Shown here piece after piece: positions 1-9,361 of a stretch of 64,000 nucleotides of DNA. The notes under the pieces are model-generated. The model saw only the letters and a list, made by a program, of their open reading frames with translations. It was not told where the DNA came from and ran no database searches. Each line of letters opens with the position of its first letter. Position 1 is the first letter of the stretch. Source of the DNA: Patescibacteria group bacterium (GTDB taxonomy: Bacteria; Patescibacteriota; Patescibacteriia; UBA2591; CALHIP01); contig JAOACJ010000016.1 of NCBI GenBank assembly GCA_026417895.1, forward strand, positions 20,015-84,014, given 5' to 3'. The position numbers and the translations under genes are program-made.

Positions 1-941
1 GCTTGATTTGCCTCAACTACCTTAATCGAAGTAGAAGCAGTAACCGTTTCATATGTTTTCTTAGAATAAATATAAACCTCAACCTTATACTCGCCAAGAA
101 AATAAAATGGATCGTTATTGTTTTTTGTTTTTATAAATTTTTCAGTACTAAGTTTAATACATCTCATACTGGTGGCGGTAGCGTCAGGCGGAGTAGGAGA
201 TCCTGACGATTCTTGAATAGGTTTACAATCAGCATTTTCATCTGTTGAAACTGTAAAATTAGAAGACCATGCTGTATTAGGTAAAGGAGGGGTAATTTTA
301 ACCCACTGGTTACCGTCAACGTTGGGATCAGCATCTCCTAATACCCAACTTATTTCCTCTAAATGCACCCCTGCTTTTGGCACAATCTCCACAATTAAAG
401 AACCTTGACTATCATGACCTTGAATAAATATGTTTTGTTCTGAACCCCTCCCACCGAATACTTTCACGTTAACACCAAAACCTTTCATCTCGCTTCTGAT
501 AATCGTTGGTATTTTAAATGTACTCAAATTAACCAAGGCCGGATTAATTAAGTTTAGTAGAGAAATAGCTAAAAGGATTAAAACTAAACCAATTATGGCT
601 GACATCATCTGTTCGCGTGCTTTTTGAATGGCTGGAGGATTACCAGCCGCTAAAATCCATTGAATTCCAGAAATCATAATCATCACCACTGCCATAATGG
701 CAATGGCAATAACTGACCACTGATAAAAATTCCGAATATATTTGGCTAAAAGAGAAACCTTTTCCTCTTTTTCGCCTAAAGGATACTCTTTACCTGCCTT
801 AAACTCTGGTGGAATGCCAATTTGTGATCGAAATTTAACTGCTTGAGCAAGGACGGGTAAATTAGAAAATAGAAAATAGAAAGTAGAAAGTAGAAGAATA
901 ATCAGAAAAATGTTTTTTTTGTTTTGGAAAAAGTTTTTCAT
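1..941 (-). CDS. VirB2/TrbC-like T4SS pilin-family protein with long C-terminal extension; partial, runs off window edge
   Basis: Hand translation of the minus strand from ATG at 941..939 shows no stop down to position 1 (more than 310 aa). The ORF is absent from the ORF track, presumably because it is partial. N-terminal signal peptide ends ...NLPVLAQA. The two-helix core YQWSVIAIAIMAVVMIMISGIQWILAAGNPPAIQKAREQMMSAIIGLVLILLAISLL shares the W-[IM]-[TL]-[SA]-[AG]-G-N...K/R-A/G-K...G-L motif with the five paralogs at 55431-58063. It lies 9 nt downstream of the preceding operon gene. Confidence 0.55.
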   Translation of the reverse strand, partial: MKNFFQNKKNIFLIILLLSTFYFLFSNLPVLAQAVKFRSQIGIPPEFKAGKEYPLGEKEEKVSLLAKYIRNFYQWSVIAIAIMAVVMIMISGIQWILAAGNPPAIQKAREQMMSAIIGLVLILLAISLLNLINPALVNLSTFKIPTIIRSEMKGFGVNVKVFGGRGSEQNIFIQGHDSQGSLIVEIVPKAGVHLEEISWVLGDADPNVDGNQWVKITPPLPNTAWSSNFTVSTDENADCKPIQESSGSPTPPDATATSMRCIKLSTEKFIKTKNNNDPFYFLGEYKVEVYIYSKKTYETVTASTSIKVVEANQ

Positions 942-950
942 ATCTTGCGT

Positions 951-1499
951 CTATTCCGCCTCAAGACCAGGCAAACCTGCTCCCGCTTTAATATCTGCTT
1001 CAGTGCCTGGTCTAGGCGTTAATCTTGATTTTTCTCCAGCTATATCTTTAGCTGTTTTTTGTTGAGCAGCTGGTGGTTTCCAGCCACAAATAACTTCCAA
1101 ATCTTGACCTCCCTCATCATATTGTTTCTTAATTTCTTGAAAGGCGGATGGATCTTGCTCTTTCAATTGAGCAAGTTCAGGGCAAACTTCTTCGCCGCCG
1201 CCCGAAAGAATTATTAAGATAGCGACGCTGATTAAAATACCTAAGACAATCGGTCCCCAAATAGGAAAGGTTTTAATCAAAACTGCCCCGACAGCTTTAC
1301 CAACGACTAAAAAAACCTTTTTCGCCGCCGTGACAGCGGCTTTTTTCACTGCTTTTTTAGCTGGCTCAACAACAGCCTTTTTCAAGGCTTCTTTGGCTTT
1401 TTCTTCAGCTAACTCTCTTGCCAAATCTTTTTCCTCTTCTTGTTCTTCTTGTTGTTCTTCTCCGCTAGGCATAAAAATAATTGAAAAATTAAATCTCAA
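951..1499 (-). CDS. hypothetical single-pass membrane protein, Lys/Ala/Glu-rich; T4SS-cluster member
   Basis: 182-aa ORF in the operon. Acidic and then basic low-complexity N-terminal region, one hydrophobic helix (FPIWGPIVLGILISVAILIIL), C-terminal soluble tail. The true start is possibly the internal Met of MPSGEE. Confidence 0.4.
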   Translation of the reverse strand: MRFNFSIIFMPSGEEQQEEQEEEKDLARELAEEKAKEALKKAVVEPAKKAVKKAAVTAAKKVFLVVGKAVGAVLIKTFPIWGPIVLGILISVAILIILSGGGEEVCPELAQLKEQDPSAFQEIKKQYDEGGQDLEVICGWKPPAAQQKTAKDIAGEKSRLTPRPGTEADIKAGAGLPGLEAE

Positions 1500-1591
1500 A
1501 GGGCAAAAAGAGAATGTTGGGCGTAAGGTTAAATTTAATTTTGAATTTTGGATTAGATTTTGAGGTCTTCATTTTGGATTTTAAATTTTAG

Positions 1592-2161
1592 CTACTGCCA
1601 AACAACTCTGTCGACTTTCCACTCTTCTCCTTCTTTAATTATTTTTAATTCTAGGGTCTGATAAAAGACCCTGGCTGGCTGGTTGTCTTTGACTTCTTCT
1701 CTCTGTGTCGAAATGAGATATTCGGCTTGATTTTCAGAAAAACTTTTTTCCTCAACATTTAAAACTTTTGTTGTAATTCCATAAAACTCTTTAATTGTTT
1801 CTCTCTCTTTCTGACGAATGTAATTTTCTGTTTCTTGCCAGAGACGCACTGACATTTCATTTTTTAAATCTTTTAAGTTTTGGAAATTGACATCGGTAGA
1901 AAAAGAACCATATCTTTCAACAAAATTCCGCGCCTTCAATTTTAGTTCATTTTTCAATAAAGTTAATTTTTCCTCTTCGGTTAATTCTCTGGACGGTGTA
2001 ATTTCTTGATTAAGTATTAATTCTTGATTCGTGACAGGAGGCGCTTGATTAAAAGCTGGTTGTTGAATGTTTGTCGCTGGACTTTGACGCTGACTCGAAA
2101 GAAAAAACAAGATTCCACCCAGAGCAATCAAGATAACGATAATGATAATAACTTTCTTCAT
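1592..2161 (-). CDS. hypothetical N-terminally anchored protein; possible VirB8-like bitopic component
   Basis: 189 aa. N-terminal TM (VIIIIVILIALGGILFFL) followed by a roughly 150-aa soluble domain. Its position immediately downstream of VirB4 matches the bitopic VirB8/TcpC-like architecture. No diagnostic motif was seen. Confidence 0.35.
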   Translation of the reverse strand: MKKVIIIIVILIALGGILFFLSSQRQSPATNIQQPAFNQAPPVTNQELILNQEITPSRELTEEEKLTLLKNELKLKARNFVERYGSFSTDVNFQNLKDLKNEMSVRLWQETENYIRQKERETIKEFYGITTKVLNVEEKSFSENQAEYLISTQREEVKDNQPARVFYQTLELKIIKEGEEWKVDRVVWQ

Positions 2162-2335
2162 AATATTTTAAAGATTTCAGGTTTAAGATTAAACTGAAAA
2201 TTTTGTATTTACTCAAGAAATATTTTTTAATTTTGCTTCTGTTAAATACTTTTTGGCATGAGCTATTTTAAAATGATATACCTTTTCTCTAATTTCCCTT
2301 TGTACCCTTTTAATCTGCAACCTTCAATCTTTAAC

Positions 2336-4249
2336 TTAAGGCTCTGTCTCTAAACCTTCCGCATATTCTCTTTTTGCTTGCTCAATTTCTAAAAGTTGAC
2401 GTGGGTCAGAAGTAATAAGCTGGTCTTCAGTATAAGAAGCAACAACCTGCATAGCCGCATGTCTAGCCCCGGCAAAGAAAATTCCCTCACCCACTCCACA
2501 TTCTAAAAGTAAATATTTTTCTCCCTCTGTTAACATAAAAGTTTTTGCAACAATATCAATAGCCGCCGGTGTTTGTTTGAAAAGAATTCTTAAGGCTGAA
2601 TTGGTGACAATGGCTCGGCCGTAGTCAGAAACAAGAAAATCATTAACATCTTGCGTAATAGTCGTCACTCCTAGATAATATTTTCGACATCTTTTGACTA
2701 AAGAAAAGATAAAGCGGGCCGAATCTTCATGTTGCATTAACCACCAAGCCTCATCAATAACCAAAATCCTTTTTTTTAGTTCTGAGCGGACAACGTTCCA
2801 AATATAATTAACAATGGTATAAATAGCCATTGGCCTTAATTCGTCTTCCAAATCACGAACAGAGAAAACGACCAATTGATTATCAAGCTCAACATTGGTT
2901 TGATGATTCAAAAGGCCAGCAAAGGTGCCCTCGGTATATTTTTTTAATCGTTGTGCTAGATTTTCGCCACCAGCCATTCCTTCCAAAATCTCTTGAAGGT
3001 CAGAAAGGGTTGGCATTTCCACTTTATTTAAATCGCAGCCCGGAACAATATCTTTTTTGGCATAAGTCTCTAATAAAGCCCGGTCAAGTAAAGAATCTTC
3101 CTCAGGGGTGAAAATTTTTTGTCCCTTCTCTCCGGGTACGCCGATCATAATTTTCAATAAACCTTTTAAAACAACAACGGCCGAGCGAATAATATCAGCG
3201 ACTTTTAACTCTACACCTCTTTTTGGTCGAGGTAAATCAAAGGGATTAATTTTGCTCTCTGAAGCCAAGGAAACATCAATGTAGGTACCACCTACCGCTT
3301 CAGATAGATGTTTATATTCTCTTTCCGGATCAATAATAATAACATCAATACCCATCATCATTGAACGCAAAACCTCTAATTTAACACAATAACTTTTCCC
3401 TGCCCCTGAAGTGGCAAAAATGACTGAATTATAATTTTCTAAGGAAAAACGATCAAAAAGAATTAAACTATTATTATGACGATTAATGCCGTAAAGAATA
3501 CCACGATCAGAGGTAACATCAGCGGAAATAAAAGGAAAAGAAGAGGCACAGGGCGAAGAGTGCATATTAAAAGCAATCATTAACTCGTCATTACCTAATG
3601 GGAGGGTCGAGTTGAATCCTTGTTCGGCTTGGTAAAAAACTCTTTTACTATAAACCAGTTTTGAACCGAAAATGCCCTCGATTTTTTCCGTTAGTAAATC
3701 CAAGTCCTTTAAAGAATCGGCATAAAGAGTGACGTATAAAGCAAATTGAAAGAAATGTTCCACTCCTTGAGTTAAATCGTCTCGCAATTTCTCAATATCC
3801 CTTAGAGCTGTTTCTTTAATCGGATCGCGCGGTAAGCCTTTTTCTCTTTCCATTTCAATTTCAGCATAGAGAATGCCGACTCTTTTTTGTAATTGTTTTA
3901 AAATAATCGAGGCGTGTACCGGGTAAAAAAACATAGCAATATCCATCGGCGCGTTAAAATTGATAATTGGAGCAAACCAACCAATGGCAATATATCGGGG
4001 ATAGGCAGTGACAAAAAGGGTGCGAACATATTTGTTACCTAAAATCAAATGATCAGGGGTCACTTGCATAGCCGCCGGAGCGATTAAATCGCGAACAGAA
4101 ACTAGGCCCTCCTGTAAAGCCCTTTCCATTTCAATCATTTCCTTGTCCTTCATTTCTTCTTCCGTTTCTTTTCTTTTTTTCTCTTCCGGCGAAAGTCTTT
4201 CTTTTTTTAGTATTTCTGCTTTTTCAATTTTCGATGGCTCAAAGATCAT
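2336..4249 (-). CDS. virB4: VirB4/TrbE/TraC-family conjugal-transfer ATPase, central plus C-terminal ATPase part
   Basis: 637 aa. Walker A FATSGAGKSY, Walker B ILVIDEAWWLM, and the conserved N-proximal block NKYVRTLFVTAYPRYIAIGWF that is typical of VirB4 mid-region. Confidence 0.85.
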   Translation of the reverse strand: MIFEPSKIEKAEILKKERLSPEEKKRKETEEEMKDKEMIEMERALQEGLVSVRDLIAPAAMQVTPDHLILGNKYVRTLFVTAYPRYIAIGWFAPIINFNAPMDIAMFFYPVHASIILKQLQKRVGILYAEIEMEREKGLPRDPIKETALRDIEKLRDDLTQGVEHFFQFALYVTLYADSLKDLDLLTEKIEGIFGSKLVYSKRVFYQAEQGFNSTLPLGNDELMIAFNMHSSPCASSFPFISADVTSDRGILYGINRHNNSLILFDRFSLENYNSVIFATSGAGKSYCVKLEVLRSMMMGIDVIIIDPEREYKHLSEAVGGTYIDVSLASESKINPFDLPRPKRGVELKVADIIRSAVVVLKGLLKIMIGVPGEKGQKIFTPEEDSLLDRALLETYAKKDIVPGCDLNKVEMPTLSDLQEILEGMAGGENLAQRLKKYTEGTFAGLLNHQTNVELDNQLVVFSVRDLEDELRPMAIYTIVNYIWNVVRSELKKRILVIDEAWWLMQHEDSARFIFSLVKRCRKYYLGVTTITQDVNDFLVSDYGRAIVTNSALRILFKQTPAAIDIVAKTFMLTEGEKYLLLECGVGEGIFFAGARHAAMQVVASYTEDQLITSDPRQLLEIEQAKREYAEGLETEP

Positions 4250-4254
4250 AAATT

Positions 4255-4932
4255 TTATAGCTCAACTTTTAATTCTTCAATTTTACTCATTTTTTGATTA
4301 ATTGACTCGGTTGGATTATAGATATTATAAAACAATTCAATTAAACTTTGTGTGTCTAAAGGCACGGCATTAATACCCATGCTCGAAAGACCGGAAATAA
4401 CAAAATCAACCTTTTTAAAAAGCTCAGCTCGATATCTCTCAAATTTCTCTCTTTTCATTCTAATCAAAGAGGGCATTCTAAAAACATCCATCAAACGATC
4501 AGTAAATTTTCTTGATTTGTCGCCGGCCGGATTATAAGCAACGACGATAAAAAATTTCCTCGTCATAATGTCGCCCAACTGAACCAGCTCTTGGACATAA
4601 CTAATGTAATCTCTCATTTGGATTTTTAGTAATTCATTGGTTTGTTCCTTTTCTCTTTGTTTTAATTCTTCAAGATATGGTGCGATATTTAGTTTTCTTG
4701 ATTGAACAACAATTTGAATTGGCCAATCCAAAGAATTTAGAAAATTAACATAAGCAGAAATAACGGCTTTTTGCTCCTCTTCGGATTTAAGAGCAAAATT
4801 AACCGAGGAACAAAGTAAGACCGCTCTTAAAGTACCGTCTCGTAAAATAACGCAATCGTTTCTAATGCCAGAAATATCTAAATATTTCTGAGTTGAAACA
4901 GTGATTTTTTGTCTGGCTATTTTAGATCTCAT
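4255..4932 (-). CDS. VirB4 N-terminal-domain-like protein (separate ORF immediately upstream of the virB4 ATPase ORF)
   Basis: 225 aa. The pattern ITVSTQKYLDISGIRNDCVILRDGTLRAVLLCSSVNFALKSEEEQKAVISAYVNFLNSLDWPIQIVVQSRKLNI resembles the VirB4 N-terminal region (..tkdG.l.avl.v.g.d..l.s.ee......nfl..l...iqi..). Its stop TAA lies 5 nt before the ATG of the next ORF, in a different frame. Confidence 0.5.
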   Translation of the reverse strand: MRSKIARQKITVSTQKYLDISGIRNDCVILRDGTLRAVLLCSSVNFALKSEEEQKAVISAYVNFLNSLDWPIQIVVQSRKLNIAPYLEELKQREKEQTNELLKIQMRDYISYVQELVQLGDIMTRKFFIVVAYNPAGDKSRKFTDRLMDVFRMPSLIRMKREKFERYRAELFKKVDFVISGLSSMGINAVPLDTQSLIELFYNIYNPTESINQKMSKIEELKVEL

Positions 4933-5068
4933 AGATCTTTAATACAAAAATTAAATCTCAAAAGTCAAAATGTAATTTAAAATGTAAAATTATTTTTTTG
5001 ATTAATTTTGAACTTTTGGTTGTCATTTTATATTTTAAGGTTGGATTTGAAATTTTCAAAATATAAAT

Positions 5069-5500
5069 TTACTCTTCCCTGGCTAAGCCACCGGTATCAA
5101 CTAAAATTGATAGATCAGAAAGCCGACCCCGCGGTAAAGTTTTCTTAATTTCTGGCGGCGCTTCTTCTTTTTCTTTTTTAAGAACGATTTCTTTTTCGGG
5201 AATGATCTCTTTTCTCCAAACCCGAACTTTTGGCCTTTGAAAAAATTGTATAAGATTTAATAAAAAATAGTGAAAGGGGCGACCATTAATTTTGACAAAA
5301 GTAAAAGAACCAAAAAATGGACAAATAACAAAAAGAAAAACAACGACAAAAATCCAAAAATCTAAGAGCTTAAAACAAAGAAAGGTTATACCTCCAGCAA
5401 AAATCAAAAGAATAAACTGACGTGGCGTGATCGGTCCAATAATTTTTGGCTCAATATCAATAAATTGTGGAACAACAAACTGCATATTCGCTTTGCTCAA
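5069..5500 (-). CDS. PrgI/VirB3-like small membrane protein
   Basis: 143 aa. The motif GPITPRQFILLIFAGGITFLCF followed by a second TM helix fits the PrgI-family two-helix proteins (gpLTlrQ motif) that precede VirB4 in Gram-positive T4SS. Confidence 0.5.
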   Translation of the reverse strand: MSKANMQFVVPQFIDIEPKIIGPITPRQFILLIFAGGITFLCFKLLDFWIFVVVFLFVICPFFGSFTFVKINGRPFHYFLLNLIQFFQRPKVRVWRKEIIPEKEIVLKKEKEEAPPEIKKTLPRGRLSDLSILVDTGGLAREE

Positions 5501-5626
5501 ATTAAAGGTTAAAAATGAAAAACTAAAAACGACAACTAAAAAGTGAAAATTATCCTTTACCCTTACGATAAACTCTTCTTTTAAGTTCAGTTTTAAATTT
5601 TTTCTTGTCGTTTTTCATTTTTAGTT

Positions 5627-6865
5627 TTATTGCCAACTCTTTAAATATCTCTCTTGTTCTTTTGTTAATTGATCAATCGTCACCCCTAAACTTTTAAGTT
5701 TTAGTTTGGCAATTTTTTGATCTAACTCTTCTGGTAGAGAATAAAGTTTTCTTTCTAAACTTTTAGCATTTTTGACTAAAAATTCTTGCGCCAAGGCCTG
5801 GCCAGCAAAACTTAAATCCATAACTTCGGCTGGGTGACCTTCAGCGGCAACTAAATTTAAAAGTCTGCCTTGAGCTAAAAGGTAAATTTTCTTCTTATTT
5901 GTCAAAGTATATTCTTCAATGAAGGGTCTAATTTCTTTTTTTGTTTGAGTAATTTTTTCTAAATCTTTTAAATTAATTTCGACGTTAAAATGGCCAGCGT
6001 TGGCTAAAATAACTCCATCTTTCATTTTAAAAAAATGTTCTTTTCGAATGACATTAAGGTTGCCGGTTACGGTCAAAAAAATATCACCAATTTCTGCCGC
6101 TTGATTTAAACTCAAAACTTCAAAACCATCCATTTTAGCCTCTAAAGCTTTTAAAGGATTAACTTCACAGACAATGACTTCAGCACCTAGACCTTTAGCT
6201 CTTTGACTTAATCCTTTGCCACACCAGCCATAGCCGCAAACGACAACTTTTTTTCCAGCTAAAAGAAGATTGGTTGCCCGCAAAAGTCCATCAATTGTTG
6301 ACTGACCCGTCCCATAACGATTGTCAAAGAGATACTTCGTTTGCGCTTGATTGACGGCAATAACTGGGAAAGAAAGTTTTTTTTCTTTAGCCAAATTTTT
6401 AATTCTTATCACACCAGTGGTTGTCTCTTCAGAAGCGCCAATTATACCTTTAATTTTTTTCTTAATGGCGGTAGTAATCAAATCCGCCCCATCGTCAATT
6501 AATAAATTTGGTTTAAAAGATAAAACTTGATTGATAAAATTAAAATAATTTTTTTTATCTTCGCCAAAAAAAGCAAAAACTGGTATTTTAAAATATTTAA
6601 CTAAAGCGGCAGCCACTTCATCTTTGGTTGATAGAGGATTAGAGGCGCAAAGAAAAATTTGAGCCCCAGCGGCTTTTAAGACCCGAATTAAATTAGCTGT
6701 TTCACTAGTAACATGGAGACAGGCGCCAATTTTATAATTTTTCAATGGCCTTCTCTGGGTTAAATCTTTAACTAAAATTCGTAAAACCGGCATCCGTTGA
6801 AAAGCCCAATCAATCAGTTTTAAACCAAAAGAAGCTAGCTTTAAATTTTTGATTTTATAAGTCAT
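5627..6865 (-). CDS. ahcY: adenosylhomocysteinase (S-adenosyl-L-homocysteine hydrolase)
   Basis: HVTSETANLIRVLKAAGAQIFLCASNPLSTKDEVAAAL substrate-domain block; NAD-binding GKKVVVCGYGWCGKG; length 412 aa, matching the short archaeal-type AhcY. Confidence 0.85.
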   Translation of the reverse strand: MTYKIKNLKLASFGLKLIDWAFQRMPVLRILVKDLTQRRPLKNYKIGACLHVTSETANLIRVLKAAGAQIFLCASNPLSTKDEVAAALVKYFKIPVFAFFGEDKKNYFNFINQVLSFKPNLLIDDGADLITTAIKKKIKGIIGASEETTTGVIRIKNLAKEKKLSFPVIAVNQAQTKYLFDNRYGTGQSTIDGLLRATNLLLAGKKVVVCGYGWCGKGLSQRAKGLGAEVIVCEVNPLKALEAKMDGFEVLSLNQAAEIGDIFLTVTGNLNVIRKEHFFKMKDGVILANAGHFNVEINLKDLEKITQTKKEIRPFIEEYTLTNKKKIYLLAQGRLLNLVAAEGHPAEVMDLSFAGQALAQEFLVKNAKSLERKLYSLPEELDQKIAKLKLKSLGVTIDQLTKEQERYLKSWQ

Positions 6866-6928
6866 GGAAAGTTTTTTAATTTTTTCTTAATTTTAAAAAT
6901 TACAAAAGCAAAAAATTATAAATTCTGG

Positions 6929-8371
6929 CTAAAATCTCAATTTCCTATTTAATTCGGCAATCCTTTCAAAATCTGCTAAACTCATTGTCTCTCTCCCTTG
7001 AGCAAGTCTTTCTTCAATCACTTCTTCTACTGACTTTTTCTTTGATAAGGCTTCTTCGCCAATTTCTAAATATAAATGATAAAGGGGGCTTTTTTGCCAT
7101 GCCTGAATTGCTTCGGCTTTTTTGGTTAAAGATTCTTCGGCTAATAAATTAATTTTATTAAGAATAATCTGGCAAGTCTGCTGACCGCCCCATCTTTTTA
7201 AATCCATTAAAGTCATTTCTTTTATCTCTTCAACTGGTCCTAAGGCTTTCGGATAACTGCTTACGTCTTCTACTATCTTTTCTTCGCTCAGCGGTCGCTT
7301 AATTTGAATAGGCACTTCTTCGACGGTTTCAGTTAAAGGCATTTCTTCAAACTTTTCTTTTTTTATTTCTGACTCCTCTCTTGTGGCAACAGGTTGGATT
7401 GGTGTTTCTAATTCTGGAAAACTCGGGACAATCGTGCCGCCATTAAATTTCTGTTTCAATTTTTCGTCAATTTTTGTTTCTTGATCTGGCTCTGGCGTGT
7501 CCATTAATTTAGCAATAGATGGAGGAATCAGTTCTTTCACTTTCTCACTTTCTGGTTTTGGTTCTTCAAGAGGTATTTCTTCAACGATTGACCCCTTAAT
7601 AATTTCTGCTGGCGTTAGAAATCCTTCTGCCAGACCTGGCTTCTTTTCCATAGTTTGAGCAAGAGAAGTTGCTTCTCTTGGCCCATAAAATTTAACTTTA
7701 AACTCTTTTAGTAGGTTCATTATTTCCTTGGCTTTTTCTGGAACTAAACCTAAGCCACCAATTTTTTCTGGCCGAGTTAAAATTTCTTCGGTCTCAAAAT
7801 CTTTTCTTATTTCTTTTAAAAAATTAAGACAAATATTGGTAAATCTTTTCTCTAAAATTTCCTCCATAAAACTCAAGCCGGTTTTTTCTTTGACTTCTTT
7901 AATTATCTCGTCGGGGTTTAACCCATAGCCCTTAATCTCTAGTTCCGGCTTTGGCACTGTTTTGACCTCTTCAACCGCCTTGGCCAATTCTAGCTCATCT
8001 TTGCCAATTTCCATTTCCTCTTCTCTTTCTGGTTGCTTTTCACTTTTTACTTCTGATTCTTTAGTTAGATAGTCTATTACTTCATTGAAAATTTTTTCCG
8101 CTAAATCTTTTTTTAATTCAGCTGCTTTTTCCGGGCTTAGACCAAAATTTTCTTGACAAAATTTTTCACTCTCTGACCAGGCAATATCTTTAATCATCAA
8201 TCTCACAACCAACTTGGCTAATGGCAAATTGTATTTTTTCTCAATTTCCTCTAATAATTTAACCTTTTCTTCAGAAGAAACCGCTTCTTGAAGTTCGTAA
8301 GGTAATTTTTTAAATTGTTCTAAATAATTATCCATTTTAAAACTGACCCAATTATTCCAGTCAACATCCAA
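6929..8371 (-). CDS. hypothetical acidic (Glu/Lys-rich) protein, no TM
   Basis: 480-aa ORF with uniform codon usage inside the operon. No recognisable motif. Confidence 0.5.
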   Translation of the reverse strand: MDVDWNNWVSFKMDNYLEQFKKLPYELQEAVSSEEKVKLLEEIEKKYNLPLAKLVVRLMIKDIAWSESEKFCQENFGLSPEKAAELKKDLAEKIFNEVIDYLTKESEVKSEKQPEREEEMEIGKDELELAKAVEEVKTVPKPELEIKGYGLNPDEIIKEVKEKTGLSFMEEILEKRFTNICLNFLKEIRKDFETEEILTRPEKIGGLGLVPEKAKEIMNLLKEFKVKFYGPREATSLAQTMEKKPGLAEGFLTPAEIIKGSIVEEIPLEEPKPESEKVKELIPPSIAKLMDTPEPDQETKIDEKLKQKFNGGTIVPSFPELETPIQPVATREESEIKKEKFEEMPLTETVEEVPIQIKRPLSEEKIVEDVSSYPKALGPVEEIKEMTLMDLKRWGGQQTCQIILNKINLLAEESLTKKAEAIQAWQKSPLYHLYLEIGEEALSKKKSVEEVIEERLAQGRETMSLADFERIAELNRKLRF

Positions 8372-8416
8372 TTATTAAATCCCAAAACTCAGGCATTGGT
8401 CATTGAAGGTTAAATT

Positions 8417-9340
8417 TTAAAGATTATTTGAAGTTTGTGATTTGGTGTTTGGATTCTGAGAAAATGTTTCACTTTTTTCCTCTTCAAGGTATTTTTTTTC
8501 GAGAGGGTTCGGTTTCATTGAACGTTCTTCGGGCCCTGTTCGATCTTCTTGTTCTGTCTCTTCATTTTTTTCAATTAAAGTGGGCTTGCTCCAAGGCGGA
8601 ACTTCTTCAATGGGCGGCAAAGAGACAATGGTCTCGCCTTGCGAAATAACAAATATTGTCTTTTCTGGCCAATAAACGATAAGGTCTTGAGAATAGGCAC
8701 TAGGAAAAAGAGAGCAGGTGTTAACATAATCATAAATTTTAATCAATTCTTCAATTTTCTCTTTTTCTTGAGGGGAAAGTGAATTGATGTTTGGACTATT
8801 AGTTAAATACTCTGTTCTAGCTAAAGCTCGGTCCGGTTTTTTTTCCAATCTTGTCTCGTAATCAATAAGCCAATTTTTAATAGTCGGGGGGAATGTTCCT
8901 CCTTTTTCTAAAACAATTGGCCGCTTAGTGATAACATTTTCATTTTCTTTCAAAGCCTTGCTTATCTCCATTCTTAAAAGTTCATGTTCGATAAAAGGAA
9001 GTTGGCTAAATTTATAACGAATCAGATCAAATGGTCGAAGGGAATCAAAGGGGAAATTAAGTAGAACCTTAAAATGTTCTTTAATCAGTCTTACTATTTC
9101 TTCTCTATTCAAAAAACCAATAGCGATAAATTCGAGTTGAGGAATAATTTCCTTATAAACTTCTCTTAAAGAAGGATCTTCAGCTGTCTTTTCTTTAATT
9201 TTTTGAGAAAGTAAAAAGGCATCCCTTGAATTGAAACGTCTGATCATTTCGTTAATCTCTTTTTTTAATTCTTCAATAAAAGAAGGGGTTTTCAATTGGA
9301 GAGAGGAAATTGTTGTTAAATCTAACATAGAAATAGACAA
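8417..9340 (-). CDS. hypothetical protein
   Basis: 307-aa ORF in the operon, soluble, no motif recognised. Confidence 0.5.
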   Translation of the reverse strand: MSISMLDLTTISSLQLKTPSFIEELKKEINEMIRRFNSRDAFLLSQKIKEKTAEDPSLREVYKEIIPQLEFIAIGFLNREEIVRLIKEHFKVLLNFPFDSLRPFDLIRYKFSQLPFIEHELLRMEISKALKENENVITKRPIVLEKGGTFPPTIKNWLIDYETRLEKKPDRALARTEYLTNSPNINSLSPQEKEKIEELIKIYDYVNTCSLFPSAYSQDLIVYWPEKTIFVISQGETIVSLPPIEEVPPWSKPTLIEKNEETEQEDRTGPEERSMKPNPLEKKYLEEEKSETFSQNPNTKSQTSNNL

Positions 9341-9361
9341 AATTTAATATTACACTCATCT

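Noticed and set aside
3-627. Plus-strand ORFs 3..206 and 430..627 from the ORF track
   Set aside because: They lie antisense inside a much longer, motif-bearing minus-strand reading frame (the pilin-family gene 1..941). They are low complexity with no motifs and are treated as spurious.
5550-5618. 22-aa basic peptide ORF (MKNDKKKFKTELKRRVYRKGKG) just downstream of ahcY on the minus strand
   Set aside because: It does not match L36, L34 or another small ribosomal protein consensus, and the real rpmH is elsewhere. It is most likely a chance ORF in an AT-rich spacer.
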